Shown here piece by piece: positions 20,530-31,163 of a DNA stretch of 64,000 nucleotides (position 1 is the stretch's first letter; the number at the start of each line of letters is the position of its first letter). The stretch spans positions 54,053 to 118,052 of the forward strand of contig DATGUS010000072.1 in NCBI GenBank assembly GCA_035301245.1. Direction: 5' to 3'. The position numbers and the translations under genes are program-made. The DNA is from Alloiococcus sp. (GTDB lineage: Bacteria > Bacillota > Bacilli > Lactobacillales > Carnobacteriaceae_A). Under the pieces are notes generated by a model that saw nothing but the letters and a program-made list of their open reading frames with translations, made no database searches and was not told the origin of the DNA.

Positions 20530-21738
20530 TCATTCAGTATACTGATTGAAAGCCTTATTGTCAATAGTTTGGTACGGATTTCGGGTGAAATCTTGCTTTA
20601 AAATCTGCTCAGGGTTAATCAGTCGATATAGTTCCCCAGCTTTAATGTCTAATGCCAATTTATCTTGGTTATTTCTAGTTACATTAGCATATAATGGTAT
20701 GTTCATTGAGGCCTTTGTATTGTTTAAATAAGTTTGTCCTTCTTGATTCATAGCCAGTAAACGAATATACGTTAGTCCGTTATCCATCTCTTCATCTATT
20801 TGACTAGAGGTCATATCTAGCAAAGTATACAATATTAATCGATTTATCTTATTGAATGTCAGGTGCTTACTTTTTATATGTCCAATAAACTTTTCGTAAC
20901 TCGATGCATTTAGTATAGCTTTCTTAAATTTGACTTCTAAGCCCGGATCCATTTCATAAATCTTCTTTAGTTCATCTTCCAAACTATTCCATACTTTATA
21001 TTGAATAAATGGCCAGAAATCTCCTGGGCTTACTGGATATAACTCATTGATGGCTTCATTTACTGACTTAGGTACATACTGAGTGATCTTTTCTAAATGC
21101 ATTATCCTTTTTCGAATTGCTGTTGCGCTAGCATATTGACTTTTATAATTGACAATTTCGTCATGGTAATGAGCACTCTTCCTTTTGATCGGTAAAATGT
21201 TAAAGTTTAATCTATGCTTCAACATTTGTTTTGCGTAAGTAAATCCTAACATATTGTTCGGCTCAGATAAATCCACTTGAAAACCTTTATTGTTTTTTTG
21301 TACGAATTGATCAACCACTTGGCTATAAGGTAGCTCTCTCTTTTGGTCAGTCCATTTACTTCTAAGCTCACTTTCATGATCAATAAACCACTCTGCTGCA
21401 TTTTTATAATCAGACGCTGTTCCTGACTCCACTCCAAAGACCAAAGTATCTATATTTAATTCATTCAAAAGTTTTGTTCCGCCCAATGCAAAGTAATCGG
21501 CAGCCTGAGTACTAAAAGCAGTTGGTAACTCAATGACCAAGTCCACGCCATTCTGTAATGCCCAATTTGCTCGAGTCCACTTATCAAACATGGCTGGCAC
21601 ACCACGCTGCAGAAAATTACCAGACATCGCTACAATCACTATATCTGAATTGGTCTGTACTCTAGCCTGTTCAATTTGATACTTGTGACCGTTATGAAAA
21701 GGATTATATTCAGCAATGATTCCCACTGCTTTCATCAT
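20530..21738 (-). CDS. tmcAL: tRNA(Met) cytidine acetate ligase (YlbM nucleotidyltransferase)
   Basis: GIIAEYNPFHNGH, MSGNFLQRG, PNNMLG, SATAIR. Confidence 0.92.
   Translation of the reverse strand: MMKAVGIIAEYNPFHNGHKYQIEQARVQTNSDIVIVAMSGNFLQRGVPAMFDKWTRANWALQNGVDLVIELPTAFSTQAADYFALGGTKLLNELNIDTLVFGVESGTASDYKNAAEWFIDHESELRSKWTDQKRELPYSQVVDQFVQKNNKGFQVDLSEPNNMLGFTYAKQMLKHRLNFNILPIKRKSAHYHDEIVNYKSQYASATAIRKRIMHLEKITQYVPKSVNEAINELYPVSPGDFWPFIQYKVWNSLEDELKKIYEMDPGLEVKFKKAILNASSYEKFIGHIKSKHLTFNKINRLILYTLLDMTSSQIDEEMDNGLTYIRLLAMNQEGQTYLNNTKASMNIPLYANVTRNNQDKLALDIKAGELYRLINPEQILKQDFTRNPYQTIDNKAFNQYTE
20536..20564 (-). promoter_or_regulatory. SigA promoter for yceD-rpmF inside the 3' end of tmcAL
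   Basis: TTGACA-17 bp-TATACT. Confidence 0.75.
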
Positions 21739-21743
21739 CTCAC

Positions 21744-22469
21744 CTACTTTTGCGCTTTAAAAAACCATCGCTCTCCCTGTTCATTCCATTCATCAGTAAA
21801 ATCACTGGTTAGTTCAATAGAATGAAACCCTACTTTTTTTAATTGATCGAGATACAGTTCAACTGGGTAAGTACGTTCTTTATGGGTTTCGTTAAACCGT
21901 TCATAACAGGATCCCGATCTTTTAACAAAAATACTTAAATCATGCTCAACAGAGTGTGGTGCTTCACCAGGATAGCTATCCCAGATGAGTAAGCCATCTT
22001 CAGTCTCCGCATGAAATGATTCCGTTAGAAATGTTTTCATTTTATGTGTTGAATGCACATCAAATAAGAAAACTCCCCCATTATTTAAATGTTGGTATAC
22101 CTCTTCAAATGTTTGTCTGACAATATCTAGATTTGGCAAATAACATATAGAATCATTAAATGAAATCACATGATCATAAATTGGTAAATCAGACAAATCA
22201 GTCATATCACGCTCAATCAACATAAATTCAGTTTGAGTATTTTCCTTATTTATTTGAGCAAGTGTAAGCATTTCACTTGAATTATCTAAGCCGGTCACTT
22301 GAAAACCCACTTCTGATAACCTACTCGCTAAACGCCCACTCCCACACCCGAGTTCTAAGACTGATTCATTTTGCGGGATATATTTCACTGTATAAGCCTG
22401 CCACTGATCATACAGTGAATCATCCATTAATTCATCATAAATTTTAGCGAATCTCTGATAGGGAATCAT
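21744..22469 (-). CDS. Class I SAM-dependent methyltransferase (YqeM-like)
   Basis: LELGCGSG motif I; position in the yqe cluster. Confidence 0.85.
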   Translation of the reverse strand: MIPYQRFAKIYDELMDDSLYDQWQAYTVKYIPQNESVLELGCGSGRLASRLSEVGFQVTGLDNSSEMLTLAQINKENTQTEFMLIERDMTDLSDLPIYDHVISFNDSICYLPNLDIVRQTFEEVYQHLNNGGVFLFDVHSTHKMKTFLTESFHAETEDGLLIWDSYPGEAPHSVEHDLSIFVKRSGSCYERFNETHKERTYPVELYLDQLKKVGFHSIELTSDFTDEWNEQGERWFFKAQK

Positions 22470-22828
22470 TCAACGATCCAATCTTGTATATCAATTGTGA
22501 TGGCTTCGGTCCAAAGACTTTCTAATTTAAAGAAATCGCGTTCTTCTTGATTAAAGATATGAACAACAATGGAACCTAAGTCAATTAAAATCCACTTATT
22601 ACTACCTTTACCTTCGATACGATTTATTTCATAACCATTCTTATTGGCTTCATCAACGACACTTTGTGCCAACGCTCCAATTTGTCGGCTGCTGCTACCA
22701 TGTGTAATAACATTATAATCAGTCACAATTGAAATCTCAGACATATCTAATGCTACAATATCTTGTGCTCTTTTATCATCTAAAGCTTTTACAACTAATT
22801 CAAGTAATTTTTTTTCAGTATTTGACAA
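22466..22828 (-). CDS. rsfS: Ribosome silencing factor
   Basis: DDKRAQDI, WILIDLG, FFKLESLW. Confidence 0.95.
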   Translation of the reverse strand: MSNTEKKLLELVVKALDDKRAQDIVALDMSEISIVTDYNVITHGSSSRQIGALAQSVVDEANKNGYEINRIEGKGSNKWILIDLGSIVVHIFNQEERDFFKLESLWTEAITIDIQDWIVE

Positions 22829-22839
22829 GTTTATCCCTC

Positions 22840-23442
22840 CTAATAAGTTAAAGACTCATTATAAGTTTCAACGGCTTTTGGAAAAACTTTTTTATTATTA
22901 TCTACTAAATTAATCAATGTTTTCTTAATAATATATGCCGTTGCTAAGTCTAGTGATTCTTTCGCTTTTTTGCGAGCTTTTTTTGCCTCTTTAAAATTGC
23001 GCTTCGGTTCAATATAATCTGCTACAAAAATAATTTTTTCAAGTTTGGACATTTTTGTACGCCCAAATGTATGATAAAAAATTGCGTTTAATATATCCTC
23101 ATCTTCAATATAAAATTCTTTCTTAGCAAGTATTGACCCAACAGGACCATGCCAAATGCTATTGCCATAATCAAGCATGTCTAAATCTAAGTTTTGATTG
23201 ATAATCGTATCCTTCATAAAACTATTCGATTTTTCTTTAGCATAATCATGGAGTAGTGCAGCTATACTTGCTTTTTCAATATTTTCATCATATCTTGTTG
23301 CTAATTCAATGGCCGTCTCTTCCACTCTCAATACATGTGCATAGCGAGAGGGACTTAATTCGTCTTTAATGCGATTAACGATCATTTCTCTTGACGTATT
23401 CACAAATTCTTTTGAATACTCAATTGTTTTCTGACTTTTCAT
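22840..23442 (-). CDS. yqeK: HD-domain Ap4A hydrolase YqeK
   Basis: RYAHVLRV, LLHDYAK, WHGPVG, ADYIEP. Confidence 0.92.
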   Translation of the reverse strand: MKSQKTIEYSKEFVNTSREMIVNRIKDELSPSRYAHVLRVEETAIELATRYDENIEKASIAALLHDYAKEKSNSFMKDTIINQNLDLDMLDYGNSIWHGPVGSILAKKEFYIEDEDILNAIFYHTFGRTKMSKLEKIIFVADYIEPKRNFKEAKKARKKAKESLDLATAYIIKKTLINLVDNNKKVFPKAVETYNESLTY

Positions 23443-24076
23443 TCAAATACAATCCTTTTTGTTCAATGTAATTAATTACCGGATCGGGTGTTAAATATTT
23501 AATGGATAATCCTTCTTTAACACGTTGTCTTATATCACTTGAGCTTAAATCAATATCCAATGTATCAATCCAAATAATTGAATAATCCGTCTCCGGCATA
23601 TAACCAGGACGGTTTACACCGACAAATTTCACAAGTGTGACCAATTCTTCAATAGCTTTCCAGTTTGGTAAGTCCTCTATCATGTCTCCTCCAATAATGA
23701 AGAAGTAATCAGTATTTGGATTTGCTTCCTTTAATTGTTTAATCGTATCTATCGTGTAAGTTTTTCCTCCGCGATTAACTTCAGTTAAATCTAATGCAAA
23801 ATGCGGGTTGTCTTCAATAGCATAATCAAGCATATCCACACGGTACTCTGCATTGATCGTCGTTTTACCATTCGTATGACCTGGTTCTGAAGTTGGCATA
23901 AAATGAATAGCATCCAAACCTAATGTTTCATACACTTGTTCAGCAATAGCAAGATGACCAATATGTGGCGGATTAAATGTTCCCCCCATAATCCCTACTC
24001 TACGATAAGTTGAGTTAAATGGTTCTTCTTCAACCTTCGGGATTACAGTGACATTACTATTTACTTGTGTTTTCAT
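23420..24076 (-). CDS. nadD: Nicotinate-nucleotide adenylyltransferase
   Basis: GGTFNPPHIGH, FIIGGD, SSSDIR; start set to the ATG at 24076. Confidence 0.95.
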   Translation of the reverse strand: MKTQVNSNVTVIPKVEEEPFNSTYRRVGIMGGTFNPPHIGHLAIAEQVYETLGLDAIHFMPTSEPGHTNGKTTINAEYRVDMLDYAIEDNPHFALDLTEVNRGGKTYTIDTIKQLKEANPNTDYFFIIGGDMIEDLPNWKAIEELVTLVKFVGVNRPGYMPETDYSIIWIDTLDIDLSSSDIRQRVKEGLSIKYLTPDPVINYIEQKGLYLNEKSENN

Positions 24077-24077
24077 G

Positions 24078-24392
24078 TTACTTAACCTCACGTACTTGAT
24101 CTGAAATTAAACGATTATTTTCATTTGACGATGATTTATATAATACGAGTACACTTCCAATCGATTGAATGACTTTAATTGTTGAATTTCCTTCAATATA
24201 ATCAGCTACTTCTTTATTAGACATCATCGTATTTTGTAACAATTGAATTTTAATTAATTCTCTTTTTTCAATCGCATCATGAATTTCATTTAAAACTGTT
24301 TCATTGATACCATTTTTTCCAATTTGAAAGATTGGATCAACAGTATGTCCTTTTTTCTTTAAAAATTTAACTTGTTTTTTATTTAATGACAT
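24078..24392 (-). CDS. yhbY: CRM-domain RNA-binding protein YhbY/YqeI
   Basis: PIFQIGKNG, RELIKI. Confidence 0.93.
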   Translation of the reverse strand: MSLNKKQVKFLKKKGHTVDPIFQIGKNGINETVLNEIHDAIEKRELIKIQLLQNTMMSNKEVADYIEGNSTIKVIQSIGSVLVLYKSSSNENNRLISDQVREVK

Positions 24393-24409
24393 ATTCTAGC
24401 CTCCATGAT

Positions 24410-25522
24410 TTAAATTAGTGCTTTTCGAATAAAAATATCGATACCTTTTGGTGCATATGCAGTGACTTCAATATCTGAACTATTCACCTTTACCCAACCT
24501 AACCCTGAGTAAACAATATCAGAAGGTTCTTTTATCTTAAATACAGATTTTTTCATTGCTGTAATCTCTTGGGTAGGTTTAAACGGTGGAGTCAATAATT
24601 TACCGACTTGTGTCTGATAGAGATGATCCGCTTTATCATGCTTCGTTCGGTGAATATTTAATTCAGTAGAAGTATATGCTACAAAGGATACTTTTTCTTT
24701 TCCTTTTGAGTAATCAAATCGTGCTAACCCTCCAAAAAATAATGTTTGTTTAGGATTCAACTGATAGTTTCTTGGTTTAATTTCTTTTTGTGGTGTCACA
24801 ATTTTGAGTTCTTTTTCATTAAGTAAATGAACTAGTTGACCTTTTTGAAAAATACCTGGTGTGTCAACTAAAACATTTCCATCATCGATTGGAATTTCAA
24901 TTTTTCCTAAAGTGGTTCCTGGGAAGTAAGAAGTTGTGATTAAGTTTTTCGTCTGTGTAGATAGGTTGATAATTTGGTTAATTAAGGTGGATTTACCAAC
25001 ATTTGTTGTCCCTACAATATACACATCACGACCACCACGATATTTTTCAATCTTTTTTAACAACTGTTCAACTGATTGGGCATCAATCGCACTGATTAAC
25101 TCAATTTCCACTGGTCTTAAACCGAGTTCATGAACACGTTCGGTCAACCATTGACGTAATTTGGGTCTTTTTAGTGATTTTGGTAAAACATCTTCCTTAT
25201 TACCAACGATCATTACAGGGTTGTTCCCAGCGAAACGTTCGATCCCAGGAATAATACTTCCGTTAAAATCAAAGATATCAATGACATTAATAATTAAAGC
25301 ATCTTTTTCACTGATTTCATTTAACATATCTAAAAAATCATCACTCGTTAATTCCACATCAGCGACTTCATTATAATGTCTTAACCTGAAACATCTTTTG
25401 CAGTATAGTTCATCACTATCTCTATTTTCAAGAGCAGATGATGGTACATAACCGGATTGGCTAGGTTTATCTGTTTGGATGGCTGCACCACAGCCTATGC
25501 AGTAAAGATCTAATTTAGTCAT
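24410..25522 (-). CDS. yqeH: Ribosome biogenesis GTPase YqeH
   Basis: CIGCG...CKRC zinc finger; circularly permuted NKxD, GTTNVGKS, DTPG. Confidence 0.96.
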   Translation of the reverse strand: MTKLDLYCIGCGAAIQTDKPSQSGYVPSSALENRDSDELYCKRCFRLRHYNEVADVELTSDDFLDMLNEISEKDALIINVIDIFDFNGSIIPGIERFAGNNPVMIVGNKEDVLPKSLKRPKLRQWLTERVHELGLRPVEIELISAIDAQSVEQLLKKIEKYRGGRDVYIVGTTNVGKSTLINQIINLSTQTKNLITTSYFPGTTLGKIEIPIDDGNVLVDTPGIFQKGQLVHLLNEKELKIVTPQKEIKPRNYQLNPKQTLFFGGLARFDYSKGKEKVSFVAYTSTELNIHRTKHDKADHLYQTQVGKLLTPPFKPTQEITAMKKSVFKIKEPSDIVYSGLGWVKVNSSDIEVTAYAPKGIDIFIRKALI

Positions 25523-26045
25523 CTAACGAATTACTCCATTTCATTTTAGGATCATGTTTGACAATATATTTTAATATCTTGTATTCGATCAAACGGTTAA
25601 ATTTTGTATTCCAAGCATCTGAATCTAGGATAGGTTTTACTAAAACACTATCAATTTTAAAACGGTTGGCACCGATAATATCTGTAATCACTTGGTCGCC
25701 TACCATAATAATTTTATCCTTTTCACTGTTCACTGAATCAAATGCTTTTTTAAATCCTTTGCGTCTCGGTTTATAAGCAGATGGGACATGAGTGATGTCT
25801 AGGGCTTTCAATGCTTCAGTCACTCGTTTAGGCGTATTGTTTGATAAGACAACCACCTCAATACCGTTATCATCCAAATTTTTAATCCACTCAATAACTT
25901 CCTCTGTAGCATGTGGATGGTCCCAAGCAATTAATGTGTTATCTAAATCTGTAAAAACAACTTCCTTGCCAAAACGCTTTAGATCTTCTACTTTAATATC
26001 ATAAATGGATTCCACTATAAAAGTTGGTTTAAAAATATTTAACAT
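25515..26045 (-). CDS. yqeG: HAD IIIA phosphatase YqeG
   Basis: TDLDNTL, SNN, KP, VGDQVITDI. Confidence 0.93.
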   Translation of the reverse strand: MLNIFKPTFIVESIYDIKVEDLKRFGKEVVFTDLDNTLIAWDHPHATEEVIEWIKNLDDNGIEVVVLSNNTPKRVTEALKALDITHVPSAYKPRRKGFKKAFDSVNSEKDKIIMVGDQVITDIIGANRFKIDSVLVKPILDSDAWNTKFNRLIEYKILKYIVKHDPKMKWSNSLDD

Positions 26046-26314
26046 AATACTTCCTCTTCATGCGCTAAATAATCAGACTTTCTTGGTTGCAATAATTCTA
26101 ATATTTCAATGGCCAAATAATCAATGTCGTCAAATTCATATTGATCATTATTCTCTCGATTAATTAAGGTATATTTACCAGTATAGCCATTAAAAATGAC
26201 GAGACCACGCTCATATCCATTAACCTCAAATCTTCTTTTTTGAATAACGCTTGTTTTATCTTCACGCATTGCATCTAATCGTCTAATAATAGGTATTAAT
26301 CTTGAAGAAACCAT
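26039..26314 (-). CDS. ykuJ: YkuJ / DUF1797 family protein
   Basis: IIRRLDAM...RRFEVNG...FDDIDYLAIEILELLQ matches the YkuJ pattern as I recall it. Confidence 0.8.
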   Translation of the reverse strand: MVSSRLIPIIRRLDAMREDKTSVIQKRRFEVNGYERGLVIFNGYTGKYTLINRENNDQYEFDDIDYLAIEILELLQPRKSDYLAHEEEVLC

Positions 26315-26509
26315 GCGTATTAAAAACTCCTCTTAAAATAAGCTTATTAGCATTAGTATAACAAAAATTACACTGTTATTGATTATAGCATTATTTTAGA
26401 GAAGATTAAATTTATTGGAGCTAATTCATTTGATTAATTTGTATTTAATTACTCTCCTTATGTTGAAACGATTGTTTTCAGTTGTAGTATGATCTATTTT
26501 TATCAAATA

Positions 26510-26540
26510 AAAAAAGCTGAGCTTTCGCCCAGACTTTTTT
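26510..26540 (-). terminator. ptsI terminator
   Basis: Imperfect hairpin with A/T tracts right after the ptsI stop. Confidence 0.65.
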
Positions 26541-26544
26541 AATA

Positions 26545-28266
26545 TTATTTAGTATATTTTTTTACTAATTCTACGACTTCTTCTTGTGTTGAACATTCTG
26601 TTAATGCGATTTGTGCCATTTCTTCCATTTCTTTAGAATCTAATCGAGATAATAAAGAACGTGTTTTAAGGACACTTGTCGCACTCATTGAGAATTCATC
26701 AAGACCCATACCGACTAATAATGGTACAGCTGTTTGGTCTCCAGCCATTTCACCACACATACCAGCCCATTTGCCTTCTTTATGCGCTGCTTTGATGACA
26801 TTATCAATTAAGCGTAGGATTGAAGGGTTATATGGTTGATATAAATATGAAACGCGTTCGTTCATGCGGTCAGCAGCCATTGTATATTGAATCAAGTCAT
26901 TGGTACCAACACTGAAGAAATCTACCTCTTTAGCGAATTGATCTGCAAGCATAGCTGCAGCAGGAATTTCAATCATAATACCAATTTGAAGTGAGTCTGC
27001 TACTTTAGTTCCTTCTGCTTCAAGTTTTTCTCTTTCTTCTTCAACAATTGCTTTAGCATCTCTTAATTCAGTTAAGTTAGAAATCATTGGGAACATAATA
27101 CGTAATTTACCATAAGTAGAAGCACGTAATAATGCTCTAATTTGTGTTCTAAAAATCTCATCTTTGTCTAAACTAATTCGAATAGCTCGATAGCCCAGGA
27201 ACGGATTCATTTCATCTGGTAATTCTAAATATGGTAATTCTTTATCTCCACCAATATCCATCGTACGAACAACAACAGGCTTACCTTCTAAGCCTTCCAA
27301 AACTTCTTTGTAAGCTTCAAATTGTTCATCTTCAGTCGGTAATTCTTTTGAATCCATATATAAGAACTCTGTACGGTATAATCCGACACCTTCTGCACCA
27401 TTACTAATCACACCTTCTAAATCACGAGGTGTACCGATGTTTGCAGCTAGTTCGACTTGTTTACCATCTTTAGTTACTGATAGTTCGTCTTTTAGTTTTT
27501 CCCATTCCGATTTCAGTGAATCATATTCAACAGCTTTTTTCTCATTTTCAGCGATTTCTTCATCTGAGGGATCAACGATCACTTCACCAAGAATACCGTC
27601 TACTGCTAAATATTGACCTTCTGAAACTTCACTTGTGATGGAACCTGTTCCAACAATTGCAGGAATCTCTAAAGATCTAGCCATAATTGCTGAGTGAGAT
27701 GTTCTACCGCCGATATCTGTTACAAAGGCTTTAACATACTTTTTATTTAACTGAGCTGTATCACTCGGTGTTAAATCTTCAGCAATAATAATAACTTCTT
27801 CATCGATTGTTGATGGATTTGGCAATGTCACACCTAGCAAGTGCGCGATAACACGCTTTCTAACATCCTTGATGTCAGCAGCACGTTCTTGCATATAAGG
27901 ATTATCTTCCATTGCTTCAAACATAGAGATAAATGTGCCTGTTACTTTTTCAAAAGCAGCACTGGCATTCACTTTATCTTCTTCAATTTGAGAAGTGGTT
28001 TGACCAATTAAATCAGGGTCAGATAAAACCATGATATGCGCATCAAAAACTTGTGCTTCTTCTTCACCTAGAGATTCTACAGCATTTTTGCGAATAACCT
28101 CTAATTCAGCTTTTGATTTATCAATTGCTTCTTCAAATCGTTTAATCTCATCATCTGCATTTTCTACTGTTTCTTTTGGTATTGTTAAATCAGGTTGAAC
28201 TAAAGGATAAGCTTTCGCATATGCGTAACCGTCACTCGCAGCTATTCCTATTAATTTTTTCCCCAT
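26545..28266 (-). CDS. ptsI: PTS enzyme I
   Basis: GGRTSHSAI phospho-His motif, [21 protein letters not shown]. Confidence 0.98.
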   Translation of the reverse strand: MGKKLIGIAASDGYAYAKAYPLVQPDLTIPKETVENADDEIKRFEEAIDKSKAELEVIRKNAVESLGEEEAQVFDAHIMVLSDPDLIGQTTSQIEEDKVNASAAFEKVTGTFISMFEAMEDNPYMQERAADIKDVRKRVIAHLLGVTLPNPSTIDEEVIIIAEDLTPSDTAQLNKKYVKAFVTDIGGRTSHSAIMARSLEIPAIVGTGSITSEVSEGQYLAVDGILGEVIVDPSDEEIAENEKKAVEYDSLKSEWEKLKDELSVTKDGKQVELAANIGTPRDLEGVISNGAEGVGLYRTEFLYMDSKELPTEDEQFEAYKEVLEGLEGKPVVVRTMDIGGDKELPYLELPDEMNPFLGYRAIRISLDKDEIFRTQIRALLRASTYGKLRIMFPMISNLTELRDAKAIVEEEREKLEAEGTKVADSLQIGIMIEIPAAAMLADQFAKEVDFFSVGTNDLIQYTMAADRMNERVSYLYQPYNPSILRLIDNVIKAAHKEGKWAGMCGEMAGDQTAVPLLVGMGLDEFSMSATSVLKTRSLLSRLDSKEMEEMAQIALTECSTQEEVVELVKKYTK

Positions 28267-28268
28267 AT

Positions 28269-28535
28269 TTAATCAGCCATACCTTCTTTTTTAATTGTTT
28301 CTTCAATTGCTTCGATTGCTTCTTTTTCGTCAGATCCTTCTGCTGTAATTGTTACGTCTGATCCTTGGCCAACACCTAAAGACATAACACCCATGATAGA
28401 TTTAAGGTTAACTGATTTTCCTTTATACTCTAAATTAATTTCTGAGCTAAATTTACTTGCTGTCTGAACTAATAAAGTTGCTGGACGAGCGTGAATACCT
28501 GTTTCTGCTGTAATATTAAAATCTCTTTTTTCCAT
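28269..28535 (-). CDS. ptsH: Phosphocarrier protein HPr
   Basis: GIHARPA (His15), NLKSIMGV (Ser46). Confidence 0.98.
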   Translation of the reverse strand: MEKRDFNITAETGIHARPATLLVQTASKFSSEINLEYKGKSVNLKSIMGVMSLGVGQGSDVTITAEGSDEKEAIEAIEETIKKEGMAD

Positions 28536-28723
28536 AATAATTTTCTCCTTTTAGAAAAATATTTTTTAAAAACCATCTACCTATCCTATTTTATAGACGA
28601 CTTTCTCAATAACTAGGTTACCATTTTTTTACTCATACGACAACTTAAATTGATTTTTACACCATAACTTTTAAGAATTTAAAATGTGGCTTTAATTTAA
28701 TTAAATTTTTTATATCAAAAGAC

Positions 28724-28781
28724 TTGAAAGTCAAAGATAGTCAGAGTATAATGTAAATATGAAAAGTCAAAGATGGTCAAT
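28724..28781 (+). promoter_or_regulatory. clpE SigA promoter with two CtsR boxes
   Basis: TTGAAA(28724)-17-TATAAT(28747); AGTCAAA-GAT-AGTCAGA at 28729-28745 and AGTCAAA-GAT-GGTCAAT at 28765-28781. Confidence 0.9.
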
Positions 28782-28842
28782 CTTTTCAAAACTACTATTT
28801 AATCATTAAATATTTACTCGATAATTAGAAAGGAAGTTTTAT

Positions 28843-31083
28843 ATGTTATGTCAAAGATGTAACCAAAGAAATGCAAGTATTCATTTAACTACTGCAATCA
28901 ATGGTCAAAAACGCGCAATCAATTTATGTAAAGAATGTTACCGCGAAATCAAAGCACAAGAAGAACGTGGTCGCATAAACAGACTTCAGGACAATCCGTT
29001 TGGTAACTTCAATAATATTGATGATATCTTCGGAGCAATGATGGACAATTTAAATACTGGCCAACAACCAAGACGTGAAGCTGCTTTTGGCGGTGGCGGT
29101 CAACAACCTCCTCATCAAGGTGGAAACGGCGGAATCTTAGACGAGTATGGTATCAACCTAACGCAAATGGCCCGCGAAGGTAAAATCGATCCAATTATTG
29201 GTCGCGACACGGAAACTGAACGGGTTATTGAAATCTTAAACCGACGAACAAAAAATAACCCCGTATTAATTGGTGAAGCTGGTGTTGGTAAAACAGCTGT
29301 TGTAGAAGGTTTAGCAAATAAAATTGTTGCTTCAGATGTTCCTCAAAAACTACAAAATAAAGAAGTGATCCGTTTAGATGTTGCTTCACTTGTTCAAGGG
29401 ACAGGTATTCGCGGACAATTCGAAGAACGTATGCAACAATTAATCAATGAACTAAAAGAAAATGATGATATCATCCTATTTATCGATGAAGTTCATGAGA
29501 TTGTTGGTGCAGGTTCTGCAGACGGCAGTAGCATGGACGCAGGAAATATCTTAAAACCTGCACTTGCTCGTGGTGAACTACAAATGGTTGGGGCGACAAC
29601 CCTTAATGAGTACCGTAAGATCGAAAAAGATTCGGCATTAGAACGTCGTATGCAACCCGTTAAAGTAAATGAACCGACTCCGGAACAAACATTAACAATT
29701 CTTAAAGGAATTCAACCAAAATATGAAGAATTCCACCACGTTAAATATGATCCTAAAGCTTTACAAGCGGCAACTGAACTATCTAACCGTTATATTATGG
29801 ATCGTTTCTTACCGGACAAGGCAATTGACTTAATGGACGAAGCAGGTTCTAAGAAAAACTTAACAATTCAAGTGTCAAATCCTGATGAATTAAAAGAAAA
29901 AATTAATTCAGCTGAAAAAATGAAACAAGAAGCACTTGACCGTGAAGACTACGAAAAAGCTGCGCTATACCGCGATCAAATTTCTAAATTCGAAGGTATG
30001 CTTGAACAGCAAAATCCTGAGTCAGAAACTCCAACTGTTACTGAACGAGATATCATTAATATCATCGAGATTAAAACTGGTATTCCCGTAGGTGACCTTA
30101 AAGAAAATGAACAAACACAACTTCGTGATCTTGAAGATAATTTAGAAAAACATGTTATTGGTCAAAATGAAGCTGTAGAAAAAGTCTCTAAAGCCATTAG
30201 ACGCAATCGAATTGGTTTACGTAAGAAAAATCGTCCAATTGGTTCATTCTTATTCCTAGGCCCTACAGGTGTCGGTAAAACTGAGTTAGCCAAAAGCTTA
30301 GCACACGAATTATTCGGTAGCAAAGACGCCATGGTTCGTATCGACATGAGTGAGTACATGGAAAAACACAGTACAAGTCGCCTAATCGGTTCACCTCCGG
30401 GATATGTTGGTTATGATGAAGCCGGTCAATTAACTGAACAAGTTCGTCGTAATCCTTACAGCTTAATCCTAGTTGATGAGGTCGAGAAAGCTCACCCAGA
30501 TGTTTTAAATATGTTCTTACAAATATTAGATGATGGTCACTTGACAGACGCTCAAGGTCGTCGAGTGAACTTTAAAGAAACTATTATCATTATGACAAGT
30601 AATGCAGGCAGTACGGATGCTGTTGAAGCAAGCGTGGGATTCGGACAAAATAATGATACAAAAGGTGATTTAATCAATCGCTTAACCAATTATTTCAGAC
30701 CGGAATTCCTAAACCGTCTAGATGGTATTGTTGAATTCCAACCATTATCTAAAGATAATTTAATTGATATCGTAGGTATTATGATTGAAGAAATTCAACA
30801 TGCGCTCAAAGATAGAGATCTAACTATTCAAATTACTGATGCTGCCAAAGAAGAACTGGTGGAATTGGGTTATGATCCGAAAATGGGTGCTCGCCCACTC
30901 CGTCGTGTTGTAGAAGAGCATGTTGAAGACCAAATTGCTCAGTTCTATCTAGATAATCCTGGTGTGTCAGACTTTGTGATTACTACCGATGAAAACAATC
31001 AAATTATCGTTGAAGAAAATTCAAAACAGACATCTTCAGAAGATAAATCGTCAGAAATTGACGAAAACAATGATGGAAATTAA
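28843..31083 (+). CDS. clpE: ATP-dependent Clp protease ATPase ClpE
   Basis: N-terminal CxxC...CxxC zinc finger, two AAA modules, UVR domain; CtsR boxes upstream. Confidence 0.95.
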   Translation: MLCQRCNQRNASIHLTTAINGQKRAINLCKECYREIKAQEERGRINRLQDNPFGNFNNIDDIFGAMMDNLNTGQQPRREAAFGGGGQQPPHQGGNGGILDEYGINLTQMAREGKIDPIIGRDTETERVIEILNRRTKNNPVLIGEAGVGKTAVVEGLANKIVASDVPQKLQNKEVIRLDVASLVQGTGIRGQFEERMQQLINELKENDDIILFIDEVHEIVGAGSADGSSMDAGNILKPALARGELQMVGATTLNEYRKIEKDSALERRMQPVKVNEPTPEQTLTILKGIQPKYEEFHHVKYDPKALQAATELSNRYIMDRFLPDKAIDLMDEAGSKKNLTIQVSNPDELKEKINSAEKMKQEALDREDYEKAALYRDQISKFEGMLEQQNPESETPTVTERDIINIIEIKTGIPVGDLKENEQTQLRDLEDNLEKHVIGQNEAVEKVSKAIRRNRIGLRKKNRPIGSFLFLGPTGVGKTELAKSLAHELFGSKDAMVRIDMSEYMEKHSTSRLIGSPPGYVGYDEAGQLTEQVRRNPYSLILVDEVEKAHPDVLNMFLQILDDGHLTDAQGRRVNFKETIIIMTSNAGSTDAVEASVGFGQNNDTKGDLINRLTNYFRPEFLNRLDGIVEFQPLSKDNLIDIVGIMIEEIQHALKDRDLTIQITDAAKEELVELGYDPKMGARPLRRVVEEHVEDQIAQFYLDNPGVSDFVITTDENNQIIVEENSKQTSSEDKSSEIDENNDGN

Positions 31084-31103
31084 TTCATTCATTGAATAAA
31101 ATG

Positions 31104-31147
31104 AAAAGTGCTAACCTAGGTATCTTAATACTTCGGTTGGCACTTTA
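31104..31147. terminator. Terminator between convergent clpE and prfC
   Basis: AAAGTGCTAACC...GGTTGGCACTTT stem. Confidence 0.7.
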
Positions 31148-31163
31148 TTGTTTTAATTATAAA

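Noticed and set aside
24936-26004. Plus-strand ORFs within yqeH and yqeG
   Set aside because: Antisense shadows
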